Shown: positions 1-11,363 of the stretch, one piece after another
How positions within the stretch are numbered: the first letter of the stretch is position 1
How the letters are laid out: each line of letters starts with the position of its first letter
Source: Plasmodiophora brassicae
Taxonomy: Eukaryota
NCBI GenBank assembly: GCA_036867785.1
Contig: CP145420.1
Span: forward strand, 868,001 to 932,000
Direction: 5' to 3'
Length of the DNA: 64,000 nucleotides
Notes under the pieces: generated by a model
What the model was told of the DNA's origin: nothing
The model's database searches: none
What the model saw: the letters and a program-made list of their open reading frames with translations, nothing else
Translations under genes and position numbers: made by a program

Positions 1-292
1 CGATGGACGCAGTCGTGACGCATGGCTCGCGCACCTCACCGGCCACGGAGCACGCATTGACGAGTCAACTTGCGAACACCAGTGACGTACGTGCGAACTG
101 CGAGTGCGCATCACATGACGTCATCGGTCGGCATGCGCGCGACGGGGCGGCTCTGACGTCCCGCGCTGCCCTCCTCGTGCTGCCCATTGCCCAAACTATT
201 GCCGTGTGTATACGACCCGTCGCTTATACGTATTTGATAACACCCGTCCACAGTCACATCCTGATACCTAAATCGCCATACCGCCGGTAACG

Positions 293-1163
293 ATGACAGC
301 AACAATGCCGATCAGCCCGATCCCCCCTCGTCGTCGTACTTCGTTCACGGTCAGCGCCCTGCTTCGCCTGACGCAGGATGTCGCCAAGTCGTCCAGCCCG
401 ACGGCCTGGCGGCGCCTGGCCTCTGACAAGCAGAAGAGGGAGGTGTCCACCGATAGCAACGACACGTTCCAGTCAGCCAGGCGCATCTCCGAGACGATGA
501 TGAAGTTCCCAATCGCGAGGCGCATCTCCCAGCACCTGCTAGAGCAAGCCAAGGACGCCCTGCAACCGAAGCAGGCGCCAGTGGTGACGCTGGTGCCCAA
601 CAATCGCGCTGAAACGGCGTTCCTGCCGGTGCGACCGCGCCCGATGCCAAGAACGCCAACAGCAGATGCGACAAGCGGGGATACGAACGCATGCCCGTAC
701 TGTGACAGATCGTTCAAGTACCCGTCGATGCTCCAGCAGCATCTGACGACGCACACGGGCGTGAAACAGTTCGGGTGCGACGCCTGCGGGAAGACGTTCA
801 CGCGCGCCTACACCCTCAAGGTCCACAGGCGCCAGCACAACGGGCAGCGGCCGTACAGTTGCCCGAGTTGCCCGAAGCAGTACGTGGAGATCGGCAAGCT
901 CAACATGCACGTGAAGCGCGTGCACGAGAACATGAAGCCGTGGCAGTGCAACCTGTGCCCGAAACGGTTCCCGTGCCAGTCGCAGTGGACCGTCCATCAA
1001 CGCGTGCACACTGGAGAAAGGTACGATGCGCATAGGGTCGCGCCCGCTCGGGATCGCACACTGAACCGATCCGGACAGGCCGTTCCAGTGTGGGCAATGC
1101 CCGAAAGCGTTCTCGGTGAACAGCAGTTTGCAGAGGCATCAGCTGACGCATGTGACTGTGTAA
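293..1163 (+). CDS. C2H2 zinc-finger transcription factor (5 fingers, 1 intron)
   Basis: Repeated CxxC-x12-HxxxH fingers with HTGVKQF/HNGQRPY/HTGER linkers. GT-AG intron 1021-1078 restores RPFQCGQCPKAF...HQLTH and the stop at 1161-1163. Confidence 0.9.
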
Positions 1164-1295
1164 CGGGGGGTCCACCCTCATATCCTCCATCTCGTAAAGC
1201 GTATCAACAGGTTCATACGGACGAAACAACGGCCAGCGCGAGCGCTATATGTACATTGGTTTAGAGGACCTGGGCGATCCCCCCCCCCCCCCCCC

Positions 1296-2868
1296 CTAGA
1301 CTTGCGTCCAGGCGCAGGCGTGCGCCCTGGCCGCGTTCAGTTTGTCCTGCTGCTTGGACAGAGCTGACAGCAGCCGGGCAACGGCACCCGTCCGCTTGGC
1401 GTTTCGCCGCCGGATGCGCATGTTCAGGAGCTGGATGATCGCATATCGAATCAGGGGCACCGCCACGTACGCGCACGCGTACACGGTCATGACGGTGGAC
1501 AGGCCCTGCCCCAGGCGACCGACGTGGCGAAACACGCCCGACAGCTGCCCACCGATGCTGGACGACAGCAGCCTCCTCATCACGACGACCTCAATGATGT
1601 TGACGATGCCGAGGCCTGTGCAGACGGAACGTTTGGGTACGGGCGCGAACTGGGGAAACGACGTGGCCAACCCAGACCGATCGCGTGTTGCAACCTCGAC
1701 ACGGGTGCCGCGCTGAACCGCCATTCACGCTCCAAGATCGGTGGTGACGTGACCGCGTTCAGGGCGCTGTCCTCGTCGTCGGCGGTGACCATCAACACTG
1801 GGAACCTGCGACACGATTCAGCAAATACGCACCCGGAAGGGGACGTCGTCCGCCCGCGTGCCTGTACACGAGACGCCCATCGTCCGTCGCGATCGGTTCG
1901 CCGTCGAAGCGCGCCAGAAGATCCAGCATGTGGTGCTCGTGGCGGTCGGCCGCCTCGTCCAGCAGGCACTCGTCGTAATACGGCGCGGTTTGCTCCGCGA
2001 TAATGCAACCGGCGTGGTGCTGGATCAACGCGTCTGCGATGGCGCGCGGGTCAGCAACCCAGGTACGCGCAGGCAGGGCAGCACGAACGGATCGCATGGC
2101 ATCGCCGATCGTCCCAGTCGCGATTCGGGTCGCCGTCTCCGAACAGCAGCGAGAAGATCGCCAGAAGGAGCCCCATGTCGTCTTCGTTGCGATGGCGCCC
2201 TGCCTCGAGATCGACACCAGGAGGCGGCGGCGGGTCACCCGGGCCAGGTCGCCCCGCCTATGACGGCACAACGCCCCGAATCAGGGTTCGACATGAACGT
2301 GCCATTGGCGAACAGTGCCTGCCCTTGGACGAGGGGGAACGCGTCGATACTGGTGGCCTCGCGACGGAGACGGGACGAAGACGGGCGGTTGCAACAGGTA
2401 CCACCAGGCCATACGGTCGAAACCGGGGAAGAAGTCGTCGAACCCGTGGTGGTGGTGGTGGAAACGATCTCGATCGGCGCCGTCCTGCGTGCACTTGGCG
2501 ATCCAGACCGCGATGATGATGACGGCGGCGATGACGATGGACAGGAACAGGCAGACGCCGAACGACACCCGCAGCGCGTACCATGCATAAGACGCGATGC
2601 GAACAAGGCCAGACGTGCACCTCGCACGCAGCCGCCTCTGGCGAACCCGGTCCCGCGCGTCCGCATGCAGAACGTAGACGACCCCGGCCGGCGTCGGATC
2701 GATGGACCCGGCGCCGCTCGCCAGCAGGCCCTGGAGCAAGGCGCGCGCCTGCCCTAGGTCGGTGGCGCAGCCGCGCCCGACGACGTCGCCGGCCGTCAGG
2801 CGCAGGGCGCCATCCGATACCAGGTCGAGGATGGCGTCCTCGGCCTGGTGACGTGTCAGGATCGCCAT
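1296..2868 (-). CDS. Membrane protein resembling the plant-plastid/cyanobacterial At5g03900-type family (multi-exon)
   Basis: Motifs across spliced ORFs: LTAGDVV, ARALLQGL, LRVSFGVCLFLSIVI, FSLLFGDGDPN, IIAEQTAPY, LLARFDGEP..DDGRLVYRFP, ERxWRFS, C-terminal RRRNAKR. Their order matches the family as I recall it. Confidence 0.7.
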
Positions 2869-3041
2869 CGGCACCCGCCGCCCCGGTGCGGAGCTGCAGG
2901 CCGCGGACTTCCGGGGGGCGACGCCGACGATGGATCGCGACGGGTCGCCTGCGGACGTCGGCGATGACCTGCCGGCGCGGATCACGCGCGATAGGCTGAT
3001 CGCCAAGGTACGCGGCACGCGTTCGAATTGACCGACAGGAG

Positions 3042-6000
3042 ATGGTGATTCCGACCCGGGTCAGTCGCCGGCGCTGTTCGCGCGCGCGGCGACTCTGGCA
3101 GATCGGCGCGCGTCGTTCTCGGGCGCGACGTTCGCCGACCACGGTGCGGTCACCAGCCTGAACGAGAAACTGCAGACCGCGTTGCGACATGTGTAAGGCG
3201 TGTCGTCGCGATGGACGTCGACGGCCGTTGATTGCGTTCGCGCAGGACGGCCTCACAGACGGAAGTCGAATCGATGCGGTTCAGGATCGACGCGCTGACG
3301 CAGGAGCTGAAGCGGGTCGAACGCGAGAAAGCCGCGTTACGGAACGACCTCGAAGATTCGCAGCAAGCGGTCCGGTCGGTGGATATGGTGATTCGGCGGC
3401 GTCCCTGATGAGTGGTCCCGTTTTCAGTTGGAATGCGCGCTTCTGGACGTTGAGATTCTGAAAGAGCAACGTGATTCCATCCGGTTGGAGGTTACGGCCT
3501 CGCTGCCTCCTTCTGAGAGGTACGAGGCCTAGGATGCGCCTACGTCCCTTTCTGATAATGCTCTAGACAAACCGCTGCCCTTCTGCAACGTATCACTGAC
3601 CTGTCGTCCGCGGTGAAATCGTTACGACAAGTCGTCCTTTCGCAACAGCATCAGGCCGGGTTGCTGCAGGCCGACCTGTCGGCCGAACGTGATCGTGCCG
3701 CCATCCAGGTCGCGAGGATCGCCTCGCTGGAGAACGCGGTGGCGCAACGGGATGCGCGCATCGATGAGCTGGCATCAGCGGATGCTCACCAGCATGCCGA
3801 GCGGGCTCTTCAGTCTGCGTTCAGTCAGCTAGAAGCCGTGAAAGAATCGAACAGGTATGCGGTGTGGCCGATTCGGCGATGGACGGTTCCTCAGTGTCCG
3901 TTGCGTTCAGTTTCCTCGAGGCGCTGACCGAAGCGCAGTCTGAGATTGAGCTCGGCCACATGGAGCTTGAGACCGAGCTCCAATCCGAACTTGACGAGAA
4001 GGTGCATCTGACTGTTGGATGCACATTGCGTTTGGATGGCCACTCATTGCCTAACATGTGCAGGATAGAGAAATATCGGCGCTGTACCGAACGCTTCGCC
4101 TGCTGCAACAGCATGCACACCGGCTGTTTTCCGACGTCAGTAGACTGTCGCCGTTAGGCTCAACGAACGTGGATTCTAATATACGCCACGCTATCCAGGG
4201 GCAACGGTCCCAAGGTCTCGTCGAACTGCTTCAGAAAGACAATATGGTAGATCGGCTATACTGGGCACGCACGTTGCACTTACGTGAAATACAGGAGCTT
4301 TCAAACATGTTGCAGCGCTTGCAGCATAGTCATTCCGAGTTGCACGAGAAGTCGCGGCTACAATTGTCGCGAAACCTGGACCTAACGAGATTGTTAAATC
4401 GCGCACGTCAGTCGCAGATCGCCCTTCAGCTTCGCGAGCTTCAATGCGTGCAGAGCCAGTACCAGCTATCGCTTCTCAAGGTACGGTGACTTGACTGCCT
4501 TCAAGTGAAGCACTCAGTCCTGGCAGGCCTATCTGCCTGATGCGGTGATGACGCCGGCAGACCTTGCTGCCATTACCCTTGTCCAAGTGGTTCACCGAAT
4601 TCTGTTCAAGTCAAACGCCGCAATTATGTTTCTGGAGGAATCGCTGTCTGGGCTTGATACGGGAGCACCTGAATTTCGAACAGCGTATGTGTTCCCTGTC
4701 GTGCCACTTATGCGCCCCCTCCTCCCCCTGAACTCGACCGTCGTAGGTGTCATTGCGCCCAGATTTGTACATGGGCGCGGTGTGCAGCCAGCGAATTGCT
4801 TGTTGCTCTCTCAGGAACTACTAGCGAACAGTACCTTGCAGTGGTCAGCGCTATTCGATGTGGTTGCTTTGAGCCATTGTTTACTGATCCTGTGAACTAG
4901 GGCGTCTTTCATGGTGAGCTGTTTCCTGCCGAAGTTGCACTGGACGACCTGGTGCGTATCCTCGGCAACGACGAACTGACATATGCGTATTCCACAACAG
5001 ATCTGCAGCAGTCCACTGACGCTATATCTGTACGCTATGAGCGTTTCCTTGCCCGGCCGCCAACCTAACAATGGGACAGGCATTCCTGCAGTCTCGCCTA
5101 GGGTGGGATTCATTTCAGAGAAGATCTGACGAGGATCTCCCTTCCCATTTTATCGTCGCCACTCTATCTGGCATCTATTTTGACCAGCTCGAACAGACGG
5201 CCACGTGGAACGATATTCGGTGTCGTCTTACGGACGGTATGGTTTGCAAGGCGGTTCCCGTCGCGAGACTTACTGTCTTGTTGGCAGGGGCACCATCAGA
5301 TCCGTCCTCCGAGTTAGGGCAATCATGGCGTTACACGGTGGAGGCCGAGCTCGACAACCTGCTTGCCATGCATCATCGAATCCGATCAGTTTGTCATGGC
5401 CTGGCACATTCGAATCACATGTTGGCCAAAGCGGATCTGGATCGCGCTAAAGCTGTATCAGATGACGCTTGTTCAGTTACTAAGAGGTTCCTAAATGAGG
5501 TATCGCCTCTGTACGCTCACCTTCTTCGCTGTCTAACGTCACCGCCTGATAAAGGTTGTAACTGCAAATCGTTCAACTGAGGTGCTCCACGTCCTTCTTG
5601 TTGATCGTCGGGAGCCCATTATGCAGGCCCTTAGGTAATGTCCTGGTGTGGCATTGTCCTAAAGCTGTATGTCGATCTCAACTCTTACCGGGGCAGCAAC
5701 GCGCGCTCGACACTTTCTGCGCTGGTCAACAACAATTTAACGGTGAAGGAACCTGATGATGAACGTCAGGATCTGCTTCAGCTGCGTTTTGATGGTGAAA
5801 GGTTAGTGGCCCTGTCGGTATGTCCACTTGTGGCTGGTGCTTATTGCGTGTATAGATTCCCTTGGTCGACTCGTGCTGTCGATATCAGGACCCATTTTGA
5901 AGGATTGGAAAACTACGCTCGGGTTCGTCGTTACCGCTCTTGCAATGGAATCGTATTAAACGGGATGCTGTCTAGCAATTCCATGAGGCGGCCACAACGA

Positions 6001-6790
6001 TTAGTGTCATGTCCTCGACCATTCTCGACAAAGAACAGAGACTCCAACAGGCGACGACAATGTGTGCTACGCTTTCCGAGAAGGTCAACGACCTCCGCCA
6101 ACGTGAGCAAGTGAGTCGGAACAAGATTCAGCATCTAGAAGAGCGCCTGGTATGTCGTGCCTATTCCTGTTTCGAATGTTGCTGACCTTCAGTGAAGCGT
6201 CTACTGCAGGACGGCCAACCCTTCGAGGATGCAGGACTCACTGTATCAGTTCGACCGCTCGGCACTCTTTCCTCGGCGCTCAATGGTGACGCTCCGTTCT
6301 ATGAAGAGGTACCTTCAACAGACTGTCTGGCCATGATGCGTCATTTAAACACTGATGATGAGCATAGTCATCGCAATATGTGGAGGACTCTCTTCGTCGG
6401 GCATTGCATGTAACCAATGAGCGGCTGCGGATGCAGCGCCTGCGTTCATGTTCTATTGTGAGCAAGGCGCGCCAACTCAGGCCACTGCTTTTGGACCCTC
6501 CTTCGTAAACACTACCCCCGCATGGTTGCAACTGCCGACAATGATATTGTGTCAGGTCCCCACTCCAAGGCCTAAAATCGGCGGTTGATGCGCTGGCAGG
6601 CAGAGCCTTGCATGTTGCATGCCGACCGGTCATGTACTCCGTTACGTCTTCAACGGCCCAGCAGTTGCAGTTGATCGGCGACCACGACCGTCAACTTCGT
6701 GCGACGAGATCTGAATCCAACCGGTTAATGCTCCAGGTCCGAGCGGCCATTGGTTCTGCCAAGTGGCAGGCCGTTGCGCTGAAAATTTGA
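3042..6790 (+). CDS. DCTN1: Dynactin subunit 1 (p150)-like coiled-coil protein, many introns, start approximate
   Basis: Coiled-coil exons (LEALTEAQSEIELGHMELETELQSELDEK) and the spliced segment QIALQLRELQCVQSQYQLSLLKAYLPD..DLAAITLVQVVHRILFK, which resembles the dynactin-associated domain of p150. Confidence 0.55.
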
Positions 6791-6890
6791 CATTATTTCA
6801 ATGAATTAAGAAGCGTACCTCAGAATACGCTACTATCCAGCTCAGACCAATCCACTGGCCGCACCCACATCGGGTGAGCCTATCGTTTTG

Positions 6891-8030
6891 TCAAGTTTCA
6901 TTATTTTGTCGTGGTAGGACGGTAGTAGGGTCACAAAACAATGCGCGCACTGCGCACGTTGGCGTGTGCATACCGCCAGGAACGCATTGCCAGCTGGGAA
7001 CGCAGGTGGGCCCGGTACGAATCATCCAGTTTATTGGGGCTCCACACAACCGCATCCTTTCGAAAACCGGGAGTGTGAGAAGTTGGCCCCCCCACTTTTC
7101 GACGAATTCGGTCAACGACGAGCCGCAGTGTGCACGATAGCACCGCTGTACCGGCGTCAGGACCTGATTGACGAACGTGCGTGCGCGCTCGGTCAAATCG
7201 TTCTTGCTGTCCGGCATCGACGCCATGTCCCCGCCGAGTTATGGGCGGACGCCGTTGTCGGTTTGGGCCCTGTTCGTCGCCGCCTTCGCGTGTCGGAAGG
7301 AACGAGCCGCCCCGTCACCGGGAGCAAGCCCCTGGCCAAGAACTCGGTGCATGCCTACGGCAAGCACATTCGTGGACTCAGGTACTATTGTTGCCTGGTG
7401 GGTGACTACGACAGCCTGCTTGTCCTGCAGGACGATGCGCCATCTGATCACTGCCCGTCCATGAGTGCGAAGACGTTATCGAACTTTGTTCGGTTCAAGA
7501 GGGGCGTCAAGGGGACGCCGCTTGTCGTGGAGAAGATTGAACTTCTTCTCTCCATCGAGGCGTCGATGCCGGACAGCAAGAACGATGTGACCGAGCGCGC
7601 ACGCACGTTCGTCAATCACCGACACCGGTACGGGCACGCCCGAGGCATCGACAAGCGGCGTCCTCTTGACGCCCTTCTTGAACCGAACAAAGTTCGATAA
7701 CGTCTTCGCACTCATGGACGGGCAGTGATCAGATGGCGCATCGTCCTGCAGGACAAGAAGGCTGTCGTAGTCACCCACCAGGCAACAATAGTACCCGAGT
7801 CCACGAATGTGCTTGCCGTAGGCATGCACCGAGTTCTTGGCCAGGGGCTTGCTCCCGGTGACAGGGCGGCTCGTTCCTTCCGACACGCGCAGGCGGCGAC
7901 GAACAAGGCCCACACCGACAACGGCGTCCGCCCATAACTCGGCGGGGACATGGTACTTGGACCGGTTGCTGACACAGATCTGGGCCGCTGTGCGCGTTCG
8001 TTGCTCTCCAGACGATCGTGATCGACCCAT
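6891..8030. mobile_element. Rearranged fragment of a repeat-encoded protein, possibly a tyrosine-recombinase (Crypton-like) element remnant
   Basis: The peptide YGKHIRGLxYYCCLVGDYDSLLVLQDDAPSDHCPSMSAKTLSNFVRFK is encoded on both strands (7223-7527 and 7649-7953). No introns are apparent and it lies next to a hAT element. The family assignment is from memory only. Confidence 0.35.
7165..7953. repeat. Two nested inverted duplications (about 305 bp and about 60 bp)
   Basis: 7223-7527 is the near-identical reverse complement of 7649-7953, and 7165-7224 is the near-identical reverse complement of 7559-7618. Confidence 0.9.
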
Positions 8031-8069
8031 GACGTCGACAATGCGGTGTGGAAACCTCCGTGGGATGCG

Positions 8070-8245
8070 TGCGGACTGCGGCGGTGCGCGTGGTTGTACC
8101 GGGCCGGGTGGCGGCGTCTGGTAGGATCCGTGGGTGCGGTACGAATCCGTGGTAGGATGCGGACTGCGGCGGTGCGCGTGGTTGTACCGGGCCGGGTGGC
8201 GGCGTTTGGTAGGATCCGTGGGTGCGGTACGAATCCGTGGTAGGA
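8070..8245. repeat. 88-bp direct tandem duplication
   Basis: TGCGGACTGCGGCGGTGCGCG...GAATCCGTGGTAGGA occurs at 8070-8157 and 8158-8245 with one visible mismatch (C/T). Confidence 0.9.
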
Positions 8246-8261
8246 CCCTGGTAGAGATGCA

Positions 8262-8421
8262 GACGACTTGAGTCGAGTTGTCATGAAGTCGACTTGGGTC
8301 GACTTGACTCGACTTACGACTTGGCTTTGAAATTTGGTCGACTTGAGCGACTTGGCCTATCGTGAAGTCGACTTGAACGACTTGAGGCGATACTCAAGTC
8401 GACTTAAGTCGACTTAAGTCG
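8262..8421. repeat. Left subterminal repeat array (palindromic AAGTCGACTT / CGACTT motifs)
   Basis: More than 10 CGACTT/GTCGAC copies are clustered directly inside the left terminus, like the subterminal transposase-binding repeats known from hAT elements. Confidence 0.8.
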
Positions 8422-8547
8422 TACCCAGTGCGCCACGGAGTGCGGGGTGGGATTGTGCAGTGCGGGGTGAGGATTGTGCAGTGCGGGGAACGGCTAGCAA
8501 GTGGCAATTCGCAGGAGGCAGCGCATCCGACTCTATCTCGAAACACA

Positions 8548-11114
8548 ATGTCGTCGTGTGCGGATGACGATGGCGACGTGGTGGTGGTTGATGAAGCAAA
8601 CGGGGAAACGCAGCCACAGTCTGACGTGTGGGCTCATATCGAGGAGTTTGACGAACGCGGTTCCGTGAAGTGGAGGTGCAAACATTGCACAGTGGCAAAG
8701 ACGTCAAAGGTAAAACGGAAGTACTCATCTTGTTCTTGTTAGACAGTTGTGGAAGCGTAACAATGACTATTAGGTTTGGAACACGAAGAATACGTTCACG
8801 TTCCGGGAGCACCTAAAAAGAAGCACCCTGGTTTCTACCAACCTGATGCACGGCAAACGAAGTTGACGGATGGATTTGTCAAGTCGAAACGGAAGGAACT
8901 TGATCGCCTTAAAATTGATCGCGCCCGCGTGGACCAGATCAACACTAACTTGCTGGGTTTCATCATTAATGCTTCACAAGCATTCAGTGTCGTCGAGCAA
9001 GAGGATTTCGTCGAGTTCTGTGCCTCAATGGAACCTGGATATACACTGCCGTCTCGCACGACAGTCCGCGACGTCTGGGTGCTAGAGCGTTGGTGGCAAA
9101 CTCGGGATCGCGTTCGCGCTATTGTGAACTCTGCTACGAAAGATCGCCGGTGCAGCATCACCACCGATATGTGGACGTCTGCCGCTAAAAGAGGTAATCG
9201 ATGCGTAGAGTACGTCCATTATCGACTACCTTTGACGATGTCAGTGTAGGTTACATGGCGATTACTCTTCATTACCTGAATGATGAGTGGGAAATGGTGT
9301 CCATCGTTATCGGATTTGTTCGTGTGCTGTATCCACACACGGCGGATCGTCTGGCGGCAGCCCTCTTCCGGTCTATTTTTGAATTTTCTCCCGACCTGCT
9401 GAAATCGATCTGGACGATAACTACTGACAATGCGTCAACCAACCCCGCCATGGCTGCTGAGTACAACAATATGCTCATCGACTACCTTTCGATGCGCAAC
9501 GATGACGCGAATGGCGAAACGGCTGACGATGAAGCCTTAGATGTGTTTCTGGACGCTTCCCTCGACTACGATGATGAGTCAACCCGCGTTTCGTTGGTGC
9601 GTTGCTTCGCGCATGTGCTCCAAGTGGCCATCAAGGACGGTCTCCAGAAGGTTACTCCTGTCGACATGGCTATCGGCCGTATTCGCGACACCGTCAAGAA
9701 GATCACTGATTCTCCAAAATTGTTGGAAGCGTTTCAGGTATCTATAGATTGCGTTCGCGATTGGGTATCTTCTCACGAATGAACTCTAACACGTTTTTAG
9801 GATATTTGTACGGAGCTCAATGTCATGAGCACGGATCCCGTTCTGGACTGCGAGACCCGATGGAACAGCACGTTCGACATGCTTAAATCTGCCATTCGCC
9901 TCAGAAGACCCATTGAGGAATTGCTGAAGCGAATTCGAGAATCACGAAACGGGTACACCAAGTTCACCATCAATCCACGCGACACCTTGGCCAAAGCTGT
10001 AGGTGATATCACGTGGAACCCTATCCGGGACTTGTGCGATTTCCTCGAACCTTTCAAGGACGCCACGGAGCTGATGTCGGGATCATCTTATCCAACCCTG
10101 GGTCTGATCGTTCCTGTGTTTAGCACACTCATGGAACATGTCCACGTGACGATCGATGCGCAGACCGGATTCCGGTCTCAGCATCCAAAGAAGTTCGCTA
10201 CCGTTGTCAAGGATAAGTTGATTGCTTAGAGCATCTCCACCGGTGATCCATATCCATATATATATCCGCAAATTTAATGATAATGATAGAGAATCTGTAC
10301 CCCACTCGTTGTCCATATCTATAAACGGATATGGATCGTCATTAAATCCGTCGCAGATTTGAACAGATCTGGAACGGATTTGAGGACAGCAAAATGGCGG
10401 ACAGCGCGCTGCGAACAGCGCACCACGGACTGCGCGCCGGCGTCGGACAACCCCTCCCGTTTAAAGACTGACTGGTGTCCCGGCCACCGCTGGGGAAACC
10501 CCTACCTTTCACCAAATCTGGAATCCATAAATTGCGCGGTTAAAGATATGGATATGGATCACCGGTGGAGATGCTCTTACCAGTCATTGGTACTATCAGA
10601 CCATGCCCTTGTTGCTTCGATATTGGATCCACGTTCGAAATCAAGTCTTGAAGAGTGCGGGGTGGATATTGCCGCTCTCAAGGCATCTGTTATCACGTTG
10701 TATGAGGCCCGGTACCGGCACAAGTACGTACATGTAATCTGCGTGAACGTTGACACCACAACTGATTACTCCATTGTTGCGGTGATTCAGATTCGAAGGC
10801 GACCTCTCCCATGGAACCAAGGCCAGCGAGGATCCCCCTAGGAAGAAAAGCAAGCTATTCGAGAAATTCATCAAGTCTACTTCGAGCGCAACTGCAGTCG
10901 GATCCACTACTGAGCCTTTCCAATCTGAGCTGGAGCGCTGGATGACGCACCCATCAATGTGTCTGTCAAAGTCAAGCCGGGATGCGTGCCTCTGGTTCAA
11001 GGTCAACGGCCATATGTATCCTCGTATATCCTTAATGGCACGAGATTACCTGTCAGTTATGTCGACGTCAGTTCCCTGTGAACAAGCGTTCTCCCGTGCC
11101 GGAACCACGGTCAG
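8548..11114 (+). pseudogene. hAT transposase (BED finger, DDE core, dimerisation domain), disrupted
   Basis: SDVWAH..WRCKHC (BED finger), SITTDMWTS, TITTDNASTN, RCFAHVLQ, DCETRWNSTFDML, YPRISLMARDYLSVMSTSVPCEQAFS. It has a -1 frameshift in the A-run near 8814-8819 (EHLK/KKHPG), a MITE insertion at 10229 and a truncation at 11114. Confidence 0.9.
10229..10576. mobile_element. Tourist-like MITE (PIF/Harbinger superfamily), 348 bp
   Basis: Terminal inverted repeats GAGCATCTCCACCGGTGATCCATATCCATAT ... ATATGGATATGGATCACCGGTGGAGATGCTC with a TTA target-site duplication (10226-10228 and 10577-10579). Removing it restores the transposase frame LIAYQSLV. Confidence 0.92.
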
Positions 11115-11280
11115 TAGGGGTGTCAAGTCGTGCTAATGACTTGAGTCGACTTAGGATATTTCGAAGTCGTTTCAAGTCGACTTCGATGCCCGGCCAAGTC
11201 GTTTGAAGTCAACTGGAAATTGTCAAAGTCACTTGAAGTCGACTTCTAAGTCGACTTCAAGTCGTGAAGTCGACTTGAGA
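11115..11280 (-). repeat. hAT right terminus and subterminal repeats (inverted relative to the element)
   Basis: TAGGGGTGTCAAGTCG followed by multiple AAGTCGACTT copies. On the minus strand it lies downstream of the intact transposase stop codon at 11364. Confidence 0.8.
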
Positions 11281-11363
11281 ACTGTAGGAGCGATGAGGAG
11301 TGAAAACAAGGCCAATCAGACCATGCGAAGGTGTATTACTTGCGGGACTTGACAAACAGTAAT

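Noticed and set aside
1279-1296. 18-nt poly-C tract and the ORF 1261-1476 reading poly-Gly through it
   Set aside because: A simple homopolymer just past the stop of the minus-strand gene; the homologous frame ends at 1296.
1858-3256. Long overlapping ORFs (299 aa plus strand, 332 aa minus strand)
   Set aside because: These are Arg/Ala-rich alternative frames expected in high-GC coding DNA, and they have no motifs. The same applies to most overlapping ORFs in the track.
8262-8421. Clustered palindromic AAGTCGACTT repeats as a CRISPR-like array
   Set aside because: The repeats are 6-10 bp with irregular short spacing and no cas genes. They recur at the other transposon end, so they are subterminal repeats.
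10359-10841. 160-aa ORF as a separate gene
   Set aside because: It is a chimera of MITE sequence and a transposase exon.
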